A DNA stretch of 64,000 nucleotides. Origin: Styela clava (taxonomy: Eukaryota). The notes under the pieces are model-generated. The model saw nothing but the letters and a program-made list of their open reading frames with translations, did no database searches and was not told the DNA's origin. Shown piece by piece: positions 48,654 through 63,054 of the stretch. The stretch is from NCBI RefSeq assembly GCF_964204865.1, contig NC_135256.1, positions 9,734,001 to 9,798,000 of the forward strand, written 5' to 3'. The stretch's first letter is position 1, and each line of letters begins with the position of its first letter. The translations under genes were made by a program, and so were the position numbers.

Positions 48654-51600
48654 ATGAATTCTGAAGTTGCTCAACAAAATGGTTCTGGTAAGAAGACCTG
48701 AATTTAATGAAGTATACTTTTCTTCACTTCTAGAATTATGCTTTCAGATATCTTCAGGTTGAATTCTGAATCAGAACTTAATCGAATAAAATCAAATGTT
48801 CTAATCAGTTGTAATCGGTAGATTCAATAATAAACTATTATTTTCATTTCAGATAACCATGAAGAAGTACCCCTTTATGCTGAAGCGTTTCCCGCTTTGG
48901 CCCCCGTTAATCGGTCAGGCAGTCCAACTGCAATTGCGAATGAATGGGTCAACCCTAAAGTTCAAAGATTGAAATCGAGTGTTGTTACCCAGGTTATTTG
49001 GAAATCTTGTTTCCATTATACAAATTCGTTATTTAATATTTATCAAATATGATTTATTTTGCCATTTTTCTCTTGAACAATTTGCTTACTTAAAAAGCCA
49101 TTCATCACTCGCTTATATTCTGTTAAAAGAAATAATTTTATAAATTTGCTGTTTCAAATTTAACTATATTATGTCTGATTGTCTGTTTAAATTGATTGTA
49201 CAAATATACATGGCTATTAGACAAACAAACAAAATTGCTGTATGCAGGAACTTCATTAATAGGTTGATTTTATTGGATAAATTGAGTGTAACAGAGTTCC
49301 AGTCGAGTAGCCATTTCACTTTGAGAGCTTCATTTAATCATACTTTAGGTTTGATTTGCGATAATATATTTGAGAGGTGATAAAAAATCATTTAGTAAAA
49401 ATGATCACTTAAAACTTTGATGCGCTCATAATATACATTCAGTTGTAACATGTGTAGTTTTTATTATTGCTTATTGATGAAATAGAAACTTAATGTAAAT
49501 ATAATAATTCTAACTTTCTGCAGTTGTTCCAAATCCCAATGGAGGAAAGAGCATTCAAACACACCGAAAATTTTGGCCAATCCCAACAAGATCAAAACAA
49601 GGCTTGTCTCGATATTATGCAAAAAACAGGAGCTCATATCGAAATGTCGACTTGCAAAGATGGATCTCTTTCATTGCTCGTATCTGGACAATTGGATGCT
49701 GTTTTGAGAGCCAGACGTGACATTTTCAACAGACTTCAGACTCAGGTGAATAAGTTCACTCGTTGATATTTTTCTCTCGTATTAGCTAACTAATGTAAAA
49801 TAAATTTAAAAATCCTCTATTTATTTGACGATTGTTAAACAGCGAAAGCACAAGAATAAAAAAAAAAAGTCGGAGCAGGTTTTTCATGTAGTGCTCATTC
49901 ACACCTTCTCTGCTATGAACAAGGCACTGTACGAGTCGAGCTGTCACTAATATGTAAAACCAGCCATATCATTACAGTCAATTCTAATACATTAACTGCT
50001 GGCCCATCACACTCACAAAGGTGTGATTGAATACTACCAGCTTATTTAAGCTTGCTTGTTATATATTGAAGTACTTTCAATGTAACATAATTTAATTCAA
50101 TCTTTTCAGGCTAGAGTTACCTTAGATATTCCGAAAGAACACCATAGAGTCATTTTAGGAAAGGGTGGGAGCAAATTGCAAAAACTTGAACTTGATACCG
50201 CTACAAAAATCAACGTCCCAAGACAAGAAGACACTAGCAGGACCATCACGATCATTGGTACTCAAGACGGAATTAGTAGAGCAAGACATGAAATCCAACT
50301 CATATCAGAGGAACAGGTAACGTGTTATTGAGTGTTCAATAGAATTGATTTTTTTAATAATTTTTTTATTTTTACTACTTTATTTATATTATCGAAATTT
50401 TGTTACTTTGCATAAAAATTTTGACTTAAAGTTGATTTTTGGATATTTCGTTTGAAAAATTTGTTCTGTGCTACAATGCGTATCAGCTATTTAGTAACAT
50501 TGTGATTTGGTAAAGTGTTCAAAAATAATTAGAAACCGTTTGCAAACTTGAAACTCATAGTTGTTTTCATACTTTTAATGTTTTGTGCTTAACTTTTTCA
50601 GTCAAAACTTGCTATTGAGAAGCTGAATGTTGAAAAAGAATTTCACCCTTTTATCAGTGGACCAAGAAATCAACTTTCTCAGAAAATAGAACAGGTTTGT
50701 TGAAACATAAATTTCAATTTGCGAAGAAGATTATCAAAGCTTTAAAGATAGATATTGCCACTAAATTTACCCGTACTTACAACACAAAACAATTAAACCA
50801 GAAAATATGTATTGACAGCTATAACCCCAAAAAATTTTTTTTTAGGAAAACGGAGTTCGTGTTCACATTCCACCTCCTAGTGTTCGAAAGAATGAGATTG
50901 TGGTCACCGGTGATAAAGATGGAGTCACGAAAGCTGTGAAAATTATCAAAGAAATCCATCAAAGAAAGGTGAATTTTTCTTCTTCCTAATTTTATAAAAT
51001 GATGCGAAAATGCAGGATTTTTACTAATTTTTTTTTTTAATAAAAATTTGTTTTATCTTCAATTTTCAAAACCCAACACCATAAAATCATTATTTAGCCA
51101 TATGTTACATGAATACAAATTAAATACGATATTAAAATTTTTATGTAACTTTGGGCACCAATATACCATCTGCTTGAGGCAGGAAGCATGAGCAATAGGT
51201 TTTCATTACATACAGTGTGTAAATTTCTCATACCAGCTTATTTAGCTCTTTGAATATGAATAGACTCTATTTATTTGCACCTTCATAACCGTTGTGTGTC
51301 ACGAGTCGTACAATATGCACTAATATCCTCTTTTGTCAGCATTATTTTTTTTTATTTAAATTAGATGTAATTGCGAATTGCCAGGAATGAATTTTTTTTA
51401 ACACTTGTTTGCAATATGGACATCTGTGGCCATGTTCTTAATCAAACATAAATTGTACTTAAATTGTATTATTGTTTTGAAAATGGATAAATATATCCTA
51501 TTGAAGTACTCATATACTTCATTCCAATGTATAATTTAATCAATGTTCTTTGTAATAAATTTTTTATAAGAAGTGAAGTTGTTATTTGAAACTGTTTTAG

Positions 51601-54600
51601 AATATGTTAGATTAGATGTTATGTATCAAATTAATTTTGATAGTCTGAGAAGTCATATTCTGCTTCATGTTAAATTTGAATTTGGTTTAATGTGTAAATT
51701 GCTAGTAATTGTTAAAAGAGTTTCAGCCATCTCTCACAAGACCTTTTTTTGTCGTTTTTTTTTCTTCATTTTTTATATATTTTGCCATCCAGAAATCACG
51801 ATGCACCATCATTAACATCGAAGTGAACAAAACTCAGCATAAATATGTCATCGGACAAAGAGGATCAACCCTTCAGGTCGGTGGAAAATATTTCAACCAT
51901 TTTGTGCTAAAAATTTGCCAAGCATCAACAGGCCCTTGTCAAATTAGTAATAGTTCATACAAGTTTGGTGATTGTGATAGTCTGGGTAGTAGAGCCTCAA
52001 ATTAAACAGTGTTGTGCGGCCGTTTGTGCCGCATGTTACACATCTCTGATACACATCCAATCACATATAATGAACGGGGCAGGTGATGACGAATCTGAGA
52101 AAAGTTTGGTACTACTAAAAATAGTACAAAGTAGTGAAATTTCAGCTTGTAATTTTTTGCATGTATTGCAGGATATATTGGCTGCAGCAGAAGTGTCTGT
52201 TGAAGTACCACCTAGTGATTCACCATCTGAAACTATTACATTGAGAGGTGAACCTGACAAGCTGGGACAAGCTCTCACTCTTGTGTATGCTAAGGTACGT
52301 TTTATTTATCTGTTTATTTTCAAAACGAGAGAGCAATGCTCAAATATATAGACATGAAGATTCAGAGACTAGCTGCAGTACCGGCCTCATGTGATTTACA
52401 CTGAAATCCATTATCTAATTTTTTAAAGCCTACAAGGCTACAAATACCAATTCACATCAGTATCGGCTGTGTCTGAGCAGGGAGCCTCATCTTAGTCTAA
52501 TGATGTTGAAATTTAGAAACAAATAAAATTAATACCCTTCTATCAACAACAAGTATCTTTACCCACTGAAAATTTCAAAGCAACTGGTCTCTTAGTTGGA
52601 AGAAAATAATTTTTTTTTCCATAATAAGAAGAAAGATACCAACAACAGAAACAGCATAATACAAAACGATCCTTATGTACACGGAGATAAATCACTATTA
52701 TTATAAGATATGCATTTAATCCTTGGTAAAAAGTGTTTCATTTCATGATTTTGTTTATATTTTTCAGGCAAACAGTGTAGTATTGAGAGAAGTAAAAGCT
52801 GAGGCATGGCTGCATAAATTCATCATCGGAAAGAAAGGAGCTAATATAAACAGCTTGACACAGAATCTGAAAAAGGTGAACATCGAATTTCAAGCAGAGG
52901 AGAACAAGATTGTAGTGGAAGGTCCACCAGAAGAAGCAGATGAGGCTCAAGCCAACTTACAAAAACAAGTTGATGATTTGGTATGTTATTAAAAGAAATA
53001 TTCAAAATAATATACGTTCACTTATTTCACATCTACACTCAAAGAATACTTGTATAAAGTGTGATAACAGAGCAATGCTATAACTGCACAGTGTTTACGG
53101 TGGAAAGATTGGCGGAAAAAGTAATGTGGAAGCAAAAGTGTTCCATTTTAATAACATAAAACTGCAGAATTTTGAGACATTCGGTCCCATAAAAAATTTG
53201 AAAACAAAAAATAAAAAGTAATAGCCTGATAGACATTATTTTGATTAATTCAATTACTAGAATCTTTAATTACTTGAAGTTTGAAATCTATTCCAATTAT
53301 TCCAGAGAGTAACTTTTTTTTTCTGCAACACTAATCACCTCAACAACTGGAATTTACCACAATGATCTGTGGGTCAACGTCCAATAATGAATAAGGTCAA
53401 ATTTTGTCCGCAAGGAATTGTATGAATTATTTTAATTTTTAGATTTAATTCTGGATTGATACTGTATTTTATGAGTTTGTTTTAAGTCTAAGACTTTAAG
53501 AATTTACTTTGTGGCACCGAACTTTCCGTAGGGCTTTTCTCAATTGCACCAGTGGTCTGAAATATCATTTTATGGAAATTTTTTCAACTTGCAACATAAT
53601 TCATTTCCTTCCATTTAGAAACGTCAAATGAACTTTGCTGAAGTAAACGTGGATCCCAAATATCATAAAAACATCATTGGAAAAGGAGGCCAGAACATCA
53701 ATAACCTTCGTGAAAAATACAAGGTACATATCTTTCTCTTACATATCTTTACTTCTCTCTTACTAAGTATTGAGTATTGAGTATCCCACAAAATTCGGCC
53801 AATGCGGCATGTTGCATTGCACTACGAGCTTTGATATTGAGGATGAATTAAACTTTTTGTGCAATAATCGCCTTCTGTACATATTAAGATACATGTACAA
53901 ATATATTTTTTTTAATTTTCTGCTATGCAATTCTAAGACCGTAAAATATGCGCCATGATACTGTAATCTGCACCAAATTGTCACACCAACTTTTGGACGC
54001 TGATGCTGTTGTAGTACTAGCGACTTAATCATACCTCTGATTTTTCATGGACATCTTAAACTTTTTAGGTCAACATTCGTATTCCACCAGACACTGAAAA
54101 GAACCCTACTATTCGTATTGAAGGGGATCCAGAAGGAGTAAAGGAAACAAGGAAAATTCTCATTGAAATTTCACAAAGAATGGTAAGTCACTTGACTCAG
54201 TGTGGAGTAATTATTATGGCAAGCTTCTGTTTATTATATCAGATATAATTAAGCGATAATATGATATTATGAGGAAATTTGAAAATTTGTCAAATTTGAA
54301 AATCTTTGATTTGTGGTTGATTCAAAAATCTGGTCTGTTTTATTTAAACTTATAAAAGTGTTTGTTAAATTGATATTGGGTCACCATTTACCAAAACACA
54401 AAGTGACTAGATTCCCGTGATCCGACTTGTCTCATGACTCTGTGGCACTACCCCTACGCTGAAAGCATATAGTTGCATCGATAACATACTTACAGAACCC
54501 CAATTTCCATACCCTGCACATCTTTCTCACATTTCCTTTACAGCTGGTTGTTTATGGTCAGTGACTCATAAACTGATGACATAATTAACTTATCTTCTCT

Positions 54601-57600
54601 TGCTCAACCATCTGTGAAAATATTACTATTTGCTGGAATACACTCAACAGTATTTTTGCTTTGTAAATATAAATGTAAAAACCTTGTTTCTTTTATTAGG
54701 AAAATGAACGTAGCAAAGACATCCTGATTGAACATAGATTCCATAAGAACATCATTGGAGCAGGTGGCGACAATATCAGAGATATTAGAAAACAATTTGA
54801 AGATGTAAGTTTTATTTCTAAACTACCTATATTGAACTAAACTACTAATTATTTTGAGACCCAAAACATCGCCAATACTGGAGTTACTAATCAAAATTTT
54901 ATTATTTAAACATAGTTTAATAGATGCATTGTTCCTTGGCTGTCGGCCAACTTTTTTATGAGTGTTATGACAAGTACAACAGCCTGATGGTCAATAAGTG
55001 GTGCTTTATATTACAAGTAGGCCTAGTACCGGGTTTGCGGTGTGCATTTCCGATGTAGCGACCATACCTGTTTCATTACTGAATCAAACTTTAGAAGTTC
55101 AGTTTTTCGATGACCCACACATGACTGAGTTAAATATCTGTTGGCATTAGGACAGCATGTACTCGATGTACTTAAAGCTATTTCTATTCCAAACATCTAT
55201 CATATTATTATTGATTGATGATCTAATAGTTAAATCTGGTCCATGTGTGAACTTCTATAATAGGAAAAATTTTTAACTTACAAAGTTTTAATACATTTTT
55301 ATTGCACATATTTTCCTCAATTTAATAGCATTAGCTTGAATATTTAATTGGCAAGACAAAACACAGTTCATAATATTATCTCACGCACCTCTTATTGATT
55401 AATTTAATTGTTTTGTATATTTTTCATTTTATAAATTCCTCATCTAGCCTTGAACTGTACACATATTTCGTGGAAAGAGATTATATTATTGGACACGTTT
55501 AGTGGCCATAACGATCGTTTCAAAATTTTGTTGTTATTTGTCTCCGTCTCCATTTTCAAAAAATCGCTTTTCTCTTCGAATACTGGACCAATTGCTTTGA
55601 TATTTTCAGTGGTTAAAGATAAAATTTTTCTCCAGAAGGCTATTACTTTTTTTTCCGCTATGACGTCATCAAAATTATTGCCACTGGGTGGCGCTACGTG
55701 TCCATATATTTGAGCATAGCTCTCTTGTTCTTGTTTATCCCTCTAATGCAAATATACCTCTTAAATACGCATCTGGAGTATAAAGAAAACAATGGCAAAG
55801 AACCTGCGAATCTTCTACTCCTACACTCCCTAACTTCACTATATCCTAAAAAGAATCATTTTTATTTGAAATATGGAATTAATGTTTTACAATTGCATTT
55901 TTTTAAATTTCAGGTCATTATCAGCTTCCCTGAACCATCAAGTAAAAGTGACGTCGTTAATCTCAGAGGACCGAAACAAAATGTTGATAGTTGTTTCAAG
56001 TACCTGAAAAAAATGCATGAAGATATGGTATGTGTAGTGATGTTTATATCTGAATTTGTCCTGCATCTTCCAATGTAATTAAATTTGTGATCATTTTTCG
56101 AACACAATTTATTATATATCTTTAACTCATAACGGGGCTAATATAGTCATGCCAACATGATAAAGTCAAACACTTAATAACCACCAGGCAGGCCATCTCG
56201 TCTACTTGCGATAATTTCATGAAAAGTAGTACTTTAGTACTATTAAAATCTTGGAAAGCATTCTGTTTGAACACGATTAATGTTTCAATTTCAATTTAAA
56301 CATACTTTCTTGGTCATTTTTAGTTAACTTTCAATAGTACAATATTTTCTCAAATTTGTTTATATCCGTTCGTCTCCTCACTTACAGGTTGCAAAGAATT
56401 ACAGCATTCAAGTTCCGATCTTTAAGCAATTCCACAAAAACATCATTGGAAAGGGAGGAGCCAATATTCGTAAGATAAGAGAAGAAACCAACACACAGGT
56501 ATATTTTTAAGAATTCAATTCTCAAAATTTGAAATTTTATGTCTTGAATAATTTTTGTAAAGATCAAATATGAATTTCAATCAAATATTTTTTTGCTCAC
56601 CATTATTCTTTTTTGTTTAGATTGAATTGCCGACTGAAAACTCTGAAAATGAAGTGATCAAGATTACTGGACGAAAAGAAGATTGTGAAAAGGCTAGAAA
56701 GATGATCAGAGATATTGAGAAACAAATGGTATGTTTATGTCATATGTTTTGCGGTCTCATTCATTTTCATAGATTAGCAGCCAACTTGGTTTCTAGCAGT
56801 GTTAAGCACAGAGTCGTGAGTCGAGCAGAGCCGGAGGTTATCCGAGTCGTTATTCAACTTAGAGTTTCAGCGACTTCTAAAGTTTGGTCCCAAGTCGAGA
56901 CGCTGCGTACCAGACTCCCAAGTTAAGTCGCTTTTCTCCAACCGAACGACCAAAAGTAAATGGATAAAAATGACTTTTTTTTCCTAATTACGAAAACTCC
57001 AGAAAACTTCAAAAACATGATGAAGACCTGTTTCTGCCTGAGAAGCGCTTTCAACCAGCTTCGTATAAATAGTATTGTTGTAGCATGGTTATAATTTCAT
57101 ACCACAATAATCAAACATATTTAGTTACAAGTAGAGTATTTGAAAGAAATTAAAAAAAATTGGCAAAACTAAATTTTAAAAATCGTTTGAAATACAGATT
57201 GACATTGTTGAAGAAAGCATCACCGTCAGTCAAAAGCTTCACAACTCTATGATCGGCACAAAAGGAAAGTTTGTTCGGTCAATCATGAACGAGTGTGGCG
57301 GTGTTCACATTCATTTCCCGACTGAAGGTTCTGGAAGCGACCAAGTAGTAATCAGAGGTCGCAAAGAAGATGTCGCAAGAGCAAAAAAAGAGCTTTTGGA
57401 CTTGGCACACTCGAGGGAGCTAACTAGCTTCACTATCGACATCAAATGCAAACCGGAATTTCACAGGTTCCTCATTGGACGCAATGGCGCTACTATTAGA
57501 AAGGTATGATATTTTTTGCTCTTATTACTATTTCAGGAATACAAAAAATTTTCTGAACGTTTGATATGACCGAATGTATTTCAACTTTCAAGCACAGACT

Positions 57601-60600
57601 TTTCATATTTAGTACATTATTGCTGTGGCCATAATATACAAATTACCTTTTTCTATTTAGGTTAGAGATGAAACTGGAGCCCGAATTATTTTCCCTCAAC
57701 AAGGAGATGCTGAAAAGGATACAATTTCTATTGTCGGACGTGAAGATGAAGTTAAAAAAGCAGAGGGGAAAATAAAGGACTTGATCAAAGATCTGGTAAG
57801 TATAACAAAATTGATAGGGAATTTGTTTGAGTTCGAACTTTTCGATGGTAGTAATTCCAGTTGTGCATTTGGTTGTATTAAGATGTCGAAATGTTTCCAA
57901 AACGATTATGTGTTCTGTATCAATGATTATGATACATTGGTATGTTTGGTTGTATTGAGATAGTGTATCGGAATATTCCAAAAGTCAATGGTTCGTCTAA
58001 TTTTACTGCTTCAAATAGAAGGATATGTTTTTAAAGTTATCAAATATTAAAATGTTAACCAATTTTTTGTTTGCAGGAAAACATCATTGAAACTACCATA
58101 AATGTACCACAAAAATACCACAAGCACTTTGTGGCACGTAGAGGTGCAGTTTTGAGAGATCTGTCAGACGAATATGGCGGCGTTACTGTTTCATTCCCAA
58201 GACAAGGACAAGATTCCGAAGCTGTTAAAATCAAGGGAGCAAAAGACTGTGTTGCTGGTGCTCAGAAGAGAATCGAAGAAATTGTCAATGATTTGGTAAA
58301 TGACTGTTGAATTAAATTTTTAATGATTCCAAGGGTTTCGCTGCCCACTAATGCAACAAGGCTTTGCCTACCTCAGAATGGGAAAACCTATATACTGAGG
58401 TGATTAACAAACAGTATTGACACGAGAAATTGATTTGTTCTTTTTCTGACTAAATTTGAACAAATAGAGGTAACATACTGCATAATTAAAAATTTCTAAT
58501 TACCAAAGACTGAGACTTGCACCCATCTATTATTAAGTCTAGTTTAAAATTGTATGCATAATCAATTATAAGAAAGGCTCTGAAGTGTGGCGCATCATGC
58601 TAAGCGTTAAGAATACACTTGCTGCCACGGCATCTTTGATTACCATGCACGGTTCAGCGAGTGTTCGGTCGTAGGGTGGTTCTCATAACTACTAGTCAGT
58701 TATGGCTTCTCACACCATCGAGTTCATACATCTGAATAACTGGCTAACTAATCTCATACCCGACATGGACTGGTAACCAGATAAGAGGCCGTGGTTCGTT
58801 AACTATAAGTCTCTTTAGTGTCTTCTCCCCCGAGATAAATATGTAAATCCTATCATATTGTCAACTTATATGTTCAGATAATAATCATTTTAAAATAATT
58901 TGCAGGAAAATCAAGTGACCATTGAATGTATCATTCCTGAAAAATTTCATCGCACTGTCATTGGTACAAAAGGAGCAAAAGTACAAAGCATTACTTCGCA
59001 ATTCGATGTGCAAGTTAAATTCCCTGATCGTGGACCAGGCAATGGTAAGGAGAAAGTAATATAAATACTGAATTCTCATTGTGACTCGTTGGAAAGAATT
59101 AGGCCTGGCAGAAAACATTCAAATTATGGAACATTGGCTCCTTATTTTATCTACCTATTATACTGGTTATATATTTCTTTGTGCTGGTAAATTTGTATGT
59201 GTTCGTGTATGTTTTTGTTTTGTCTGGTGACCCTCGTCAAACTAGATTTTCGCTCATTAAGCATATAATCCTAATCTGACAATTTATATGTTAAAATAGG
59301 TATGGGTAACACACGTAATGTTGCTTTTGCCGATGGGTTTAATCTTTTGCCTTTTTGCTCTGTGCCTTTTTACTGTAGGGCTGAGCGATAGCTGCATTCC
59401 GCATTTTCGTGTAGCTTAGCCAGATGTCTGGAGTTGGCTATATGGCCCACCGACAAAAATGTTGTACTCTCCTGGACTTTAATCATTAGGCCATTCGTAC
59501 ATGGCTAAAATATTATTTTATTTACCAGGGCCACGAAACGAGCAAGAACCTTCTGGCGAACAAGAACAACAAGAAAAAGAGGAAGAAAAAAGACCAGACC
59601 TCATTCTTATCACCGGTAACAAAGATAAATGTGAGGCAGCAAAACAAGCTCTTCTCGCTCTTGTACCCATTTCTGAGGACGTGGAAGTCCCATTCAAATT
59701 CCATAGGTACATTATTGGACAAAAGGGTGCCGAAGTCCGCAGAATGATGGAAGAGTACGACGTTAATATCAGTATTCCGCAAGCAGATCAAGCAAGTGAT
59801 TTCATCACGGTAAGCTGTGTTTTTTTGCAGTTTTTCTTTCAAATTTTACAGTTAATATATATTTTGTGTTAAATTTTTCATGATCTAAAATCTCCTTCAC
59901 TTAGCTGTTTTCTGAACTTTAAACTTTCAATGTCCACTGTTATTTGCTGCCACAGGCTCACAACTTTTGTCTGGTATTTCAATGAAGACTGTTTTGAGCT
60001 GACTTCAGTTGTCTTCTAGTAGAACATTTGCAATTCTGGAGCGAATTGTGATAAACAAAAGTTTGCGTTAATTTGAATGCTTTATTAGTGCTCTGTGTTT
60101 CTTGAAACTGAGCGTTGCATATCTTTTTTTAGATTACTGGTGTTGCTGAGAAATTAGGAGCTGCCAAGGAAGGAATGAAAGAAAAGGTGAAAGAGCTGGA
60201 AAAGGAAGAAGAGGATAGAGTGAGTAGTTCGTTGCATAATTTGTTCTTTACAAGAGCTTACTGAAATCAACTAGATGTCTCGTGTCCAGCTAAATATTAT
60301 CGATCTTAATTGAATGCATTGAACTTGTGAAATTTCAATATTTTTTTGTTTTTTTTTGTTTAGCTTTTGCGAAGTTTTGTTTTGGAAGTTGAAGTCAATG
60401 CTCATTTCCATCCAACTATCATTGGACGCCGTGGAGTCGTCGTTACGGAAATCCGTAAGAAATACGATGTCAATATTCAATTCCCTGATCGTGGTGATGA
60501 AAATCAGGTAAAAGTGCATTTAAATTTTAATTTTTAGTTGGTTATGGATATTGAATTGGTAGCCAGAACAACAATACATTTGGAATTTTGATGAAATTTT

Positions 60601-63054
60601 AAGATAATCATTGCAAACGTAAAGTATCAAACTATAACGATGTCAGCGACAAAAAGTAGGCGCTTGAGAACGAAAATTTAGTATTCTTATGAGCGCTAAC
60701 AACCATATTCAGTGGTCGGTACATTCAGATAAATCAAATTTTTTTATTTAATTTGGAAATCCCAAGATATAGACGAGCAGAATGAATTTGTTCATTAATT
60801 CACAACTGTTAAATTATAATAATCGTCTTTTGCTTTCAACACGTTTCTATCAGTTTTTTTCATGTGCCATATCTCATTAAAAAAAAATACATTTTGAAGG
60901 CCTTTGCTCATGGCCCCCGTAGAACTGCTCTGTGGCCCTCAAGGGGGCCTGAAGAACTCTTTGTGCTTTGTAATAGGGTTAATGTATTTGTCTGTATATT
61001 ATATCAATTTCAAAGTAATTATTCAATTATCTCGAATTTGAAAATATTTCCCAGCCATCGTCTGCAAATAATCAACAATACCAACTGACCTATATTATTT
61101 TTAACCAAATCTCATTTTTTATATTCATTCAGAACTTGATCAAGATCATTGGATACGAGAAGAATACGGAAGATGCTCGTAAACATATTGTCGGCATGGT
61201 GTCTGAACTTGAATCTCATGTCAGTCAAGATGTACATATTGATCGACGTGTTCATCCAAGACTTATTGGTGCCAAGGGACGAGCAATCAAGAAAATTATG
61301 GATGAATACAAGGTAAAAAATTCCTAAAATATGAGATCAACATGGGAGAATAGGGTTGGATAGATAATTTGCAGAATTTGATATTGAAGTTTCGTTTTAA
61401 TAACAGTATATAAATAGTAGAAGTCGCAGAAGTTAAATTGTTTGGAAGACTATTAAGTAGGTATTTAAAATGTGTACGTAAAAAAAATTTTCGGAAATAA
61501 TGGAAAACTTATAGATATGAGTAATACTACAGTGGATACAAAGCAAAATTCACCCACCTAAACGACAAACTTTCTTATAATAACAAAATATCAAATTGTT
61601 CAGAATGTTATCAAAACATGAGCAAAATATGAAATGACACAAACCTTGTAAGATAATGCCTAATGATGAAGCATAGTCAATTATAAACTTCCATGATAAC
61701 AGTATCAAACATGAAAGAAAACAGGGAATTTATTTATATTGTTCTACCTCTAGGTTGATATTCGATTCCCACAAAATCAAGATCTGATAACGGTGACTGG
61801 AACTCAAGAAAGAGTGGATGAATGCATTGAACATATTCTCAATCTGGAGGAGGAATATGTAAGTGGAGTTGACAATATAAAAAAATAAAATTGTTTTGGT
61901 GCTTCTGTGCATTGCTTCCCAAACTTTTGTGATTCGTGGTAAAGATTGGTCCCGTTCTGCTCTTCTGTACAAATCTTATGCTTTTAATGATTTTCATAAG
62001 TTATTTTGTGCGCCACGTTTACTAATAAAAAAGCCAACGAAATATTGCACTATTGTCAAAGAATTGAAAGAATTAATAAATTATTGTTAACTTTATTTAA
62101 ATTATTGTTGAACGCAAATGGCGCCTAGTGGAGAACTTCAAGGTCATATCCCCCTCGAGTCTGCTCCATGGCTCCCCAGGGGGCCGGAAATTCCAGTTCA
62201 CGGGTAACCCTGGTCTATAGATTTTTTGGCGCTTCGGAAGTATTTGTACCAAGATGACACACAACCTGAACAACCCCAACCTATTACACATACTATGTTC
62301 AGGTTGTGCGCCATCTTGGTACGAATACTTCCAAAGCACCGATTTTTTTGTCAATTGGAACACATTGTTAATGTGTAGACTTGGAAGATTTTTGCTATAA
62401 GTGAGGTTGCTAGCACTTCAATATTTTCTTTCAAATTGTGATGATTTCATTATAGATGCAAGACATTGTTGAACGTGAAGAAAATAGCCGTTACACTCGT
62501 TCATCAGGACCTTCATCAAACCGTGGTAATCAATCCAACCAGCAACCATTCGTTGTGAGAGGAGCTCCATGGCAACAGGTAATAAGATCATTTTTGCTAC
62601 CGAAATTACAGATGTAGTTGTATTTACAATGTTGTACAGTATTTACAATATTGTATTTACAATGTTCACAAATTAATATTTTGAGCGAGTACGCAGATTA
62701 AGGATCGTTAATTATGAAGAAAACTTGGTCAAAGCTTTGTTTTGAGCATATTAAGAGCCACGACTTTTAATCAGAAGAAATTTGGACCTTCCTGGTGGTT
62801 TGGCGTAAGCTACCCAATTTCGTTATTTTGTACGAAATTATTTGATCAGGCGAAATTTGACTTTTTCAGGAAGTCGAGATAGATTTAGGAAAATACTTTT
62901 TTATTCTGAATTTGATGTAAAAGATTTTTCAATGTATGATCCCTTTTTTTGCCAGGTGGACACCAACAGTATGGACGACTTTCCAAGCCTCGGAGCTGCT
63001 ACTACCCAGGACAGCAATCGAGGTGGCGGTTCGGCATGGGGCAGAAAACACTAA
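48654..63054 (+). CDS. HDLBP: Vigilin (multi-KH-domain RNA-binding protein), about 1237 aa, 26 coding exons
   Basis: Exons 48654-48687, 48853-48992, 49524-49745, 50110-50316, 50602-50694, 50846-50968, 51793-51876, 52172-52294, 52768-52980, 53619-53723, 54069-54182, 54700-54804, 55914-56027, 56388-56498, 56621-56728, 57198-57503, 57661-57795, 58077-58295, 58906-59044, 59529-59809, 60133-60219, 60364-60507, 61133-61312, 61754-61858, 62456-62578, 62956-63054 (3714 nt). Repeated H..IIGxxG KH motifs, N-terminal YAEAFPAL, C-terminal DDFPSLG...WG. Probable 5' UTR exon at about 48253-48343. Confidence 0.96.
55490..55704. mobile_element. Small MITE-like element in a vigilin intron
   Basis: Inverted termini TGGACACGT...ACGTGTCCA in TA-rich flanks. 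Confidence 0.45.
58586..58857 (+). mobile_element. tRNA-derived SINE, near full length
   Basis: A-box-like TGGCGCATCATGC at the 5' end; body shared with about 18940, 29123 and 42960; 3' end shared with 47498-47598. Confidence 0.65.
62226..62342. repeat. Palindromic (hairpin) repeat also present in both arms of the 10564-13384 element
   Basis: GGAAGTATTTGTACCAAGATGACACACAACCTGAAC...GTTCAGGTTGTGCGCCATCTTGGTACGAATACTTCC; homologs at about 10707-10805 and 13110-13215. Confidence 0.75.

Noticed and set aside
59375-59458. Hairpin plus ACA in a vigilin intron resembling an H/ACA snoRNA
   Set aside because: No proper ANANNA H box between hairpins; cannot be supported without a covariance search.
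36457-63054. Functional clustering of GRP94 and vigilin (both ER-linked)
   Set aside because: They are 3.1 kb apart with a separate promoter-like region at about 47.9 kb; adjacency alone is not evidence.
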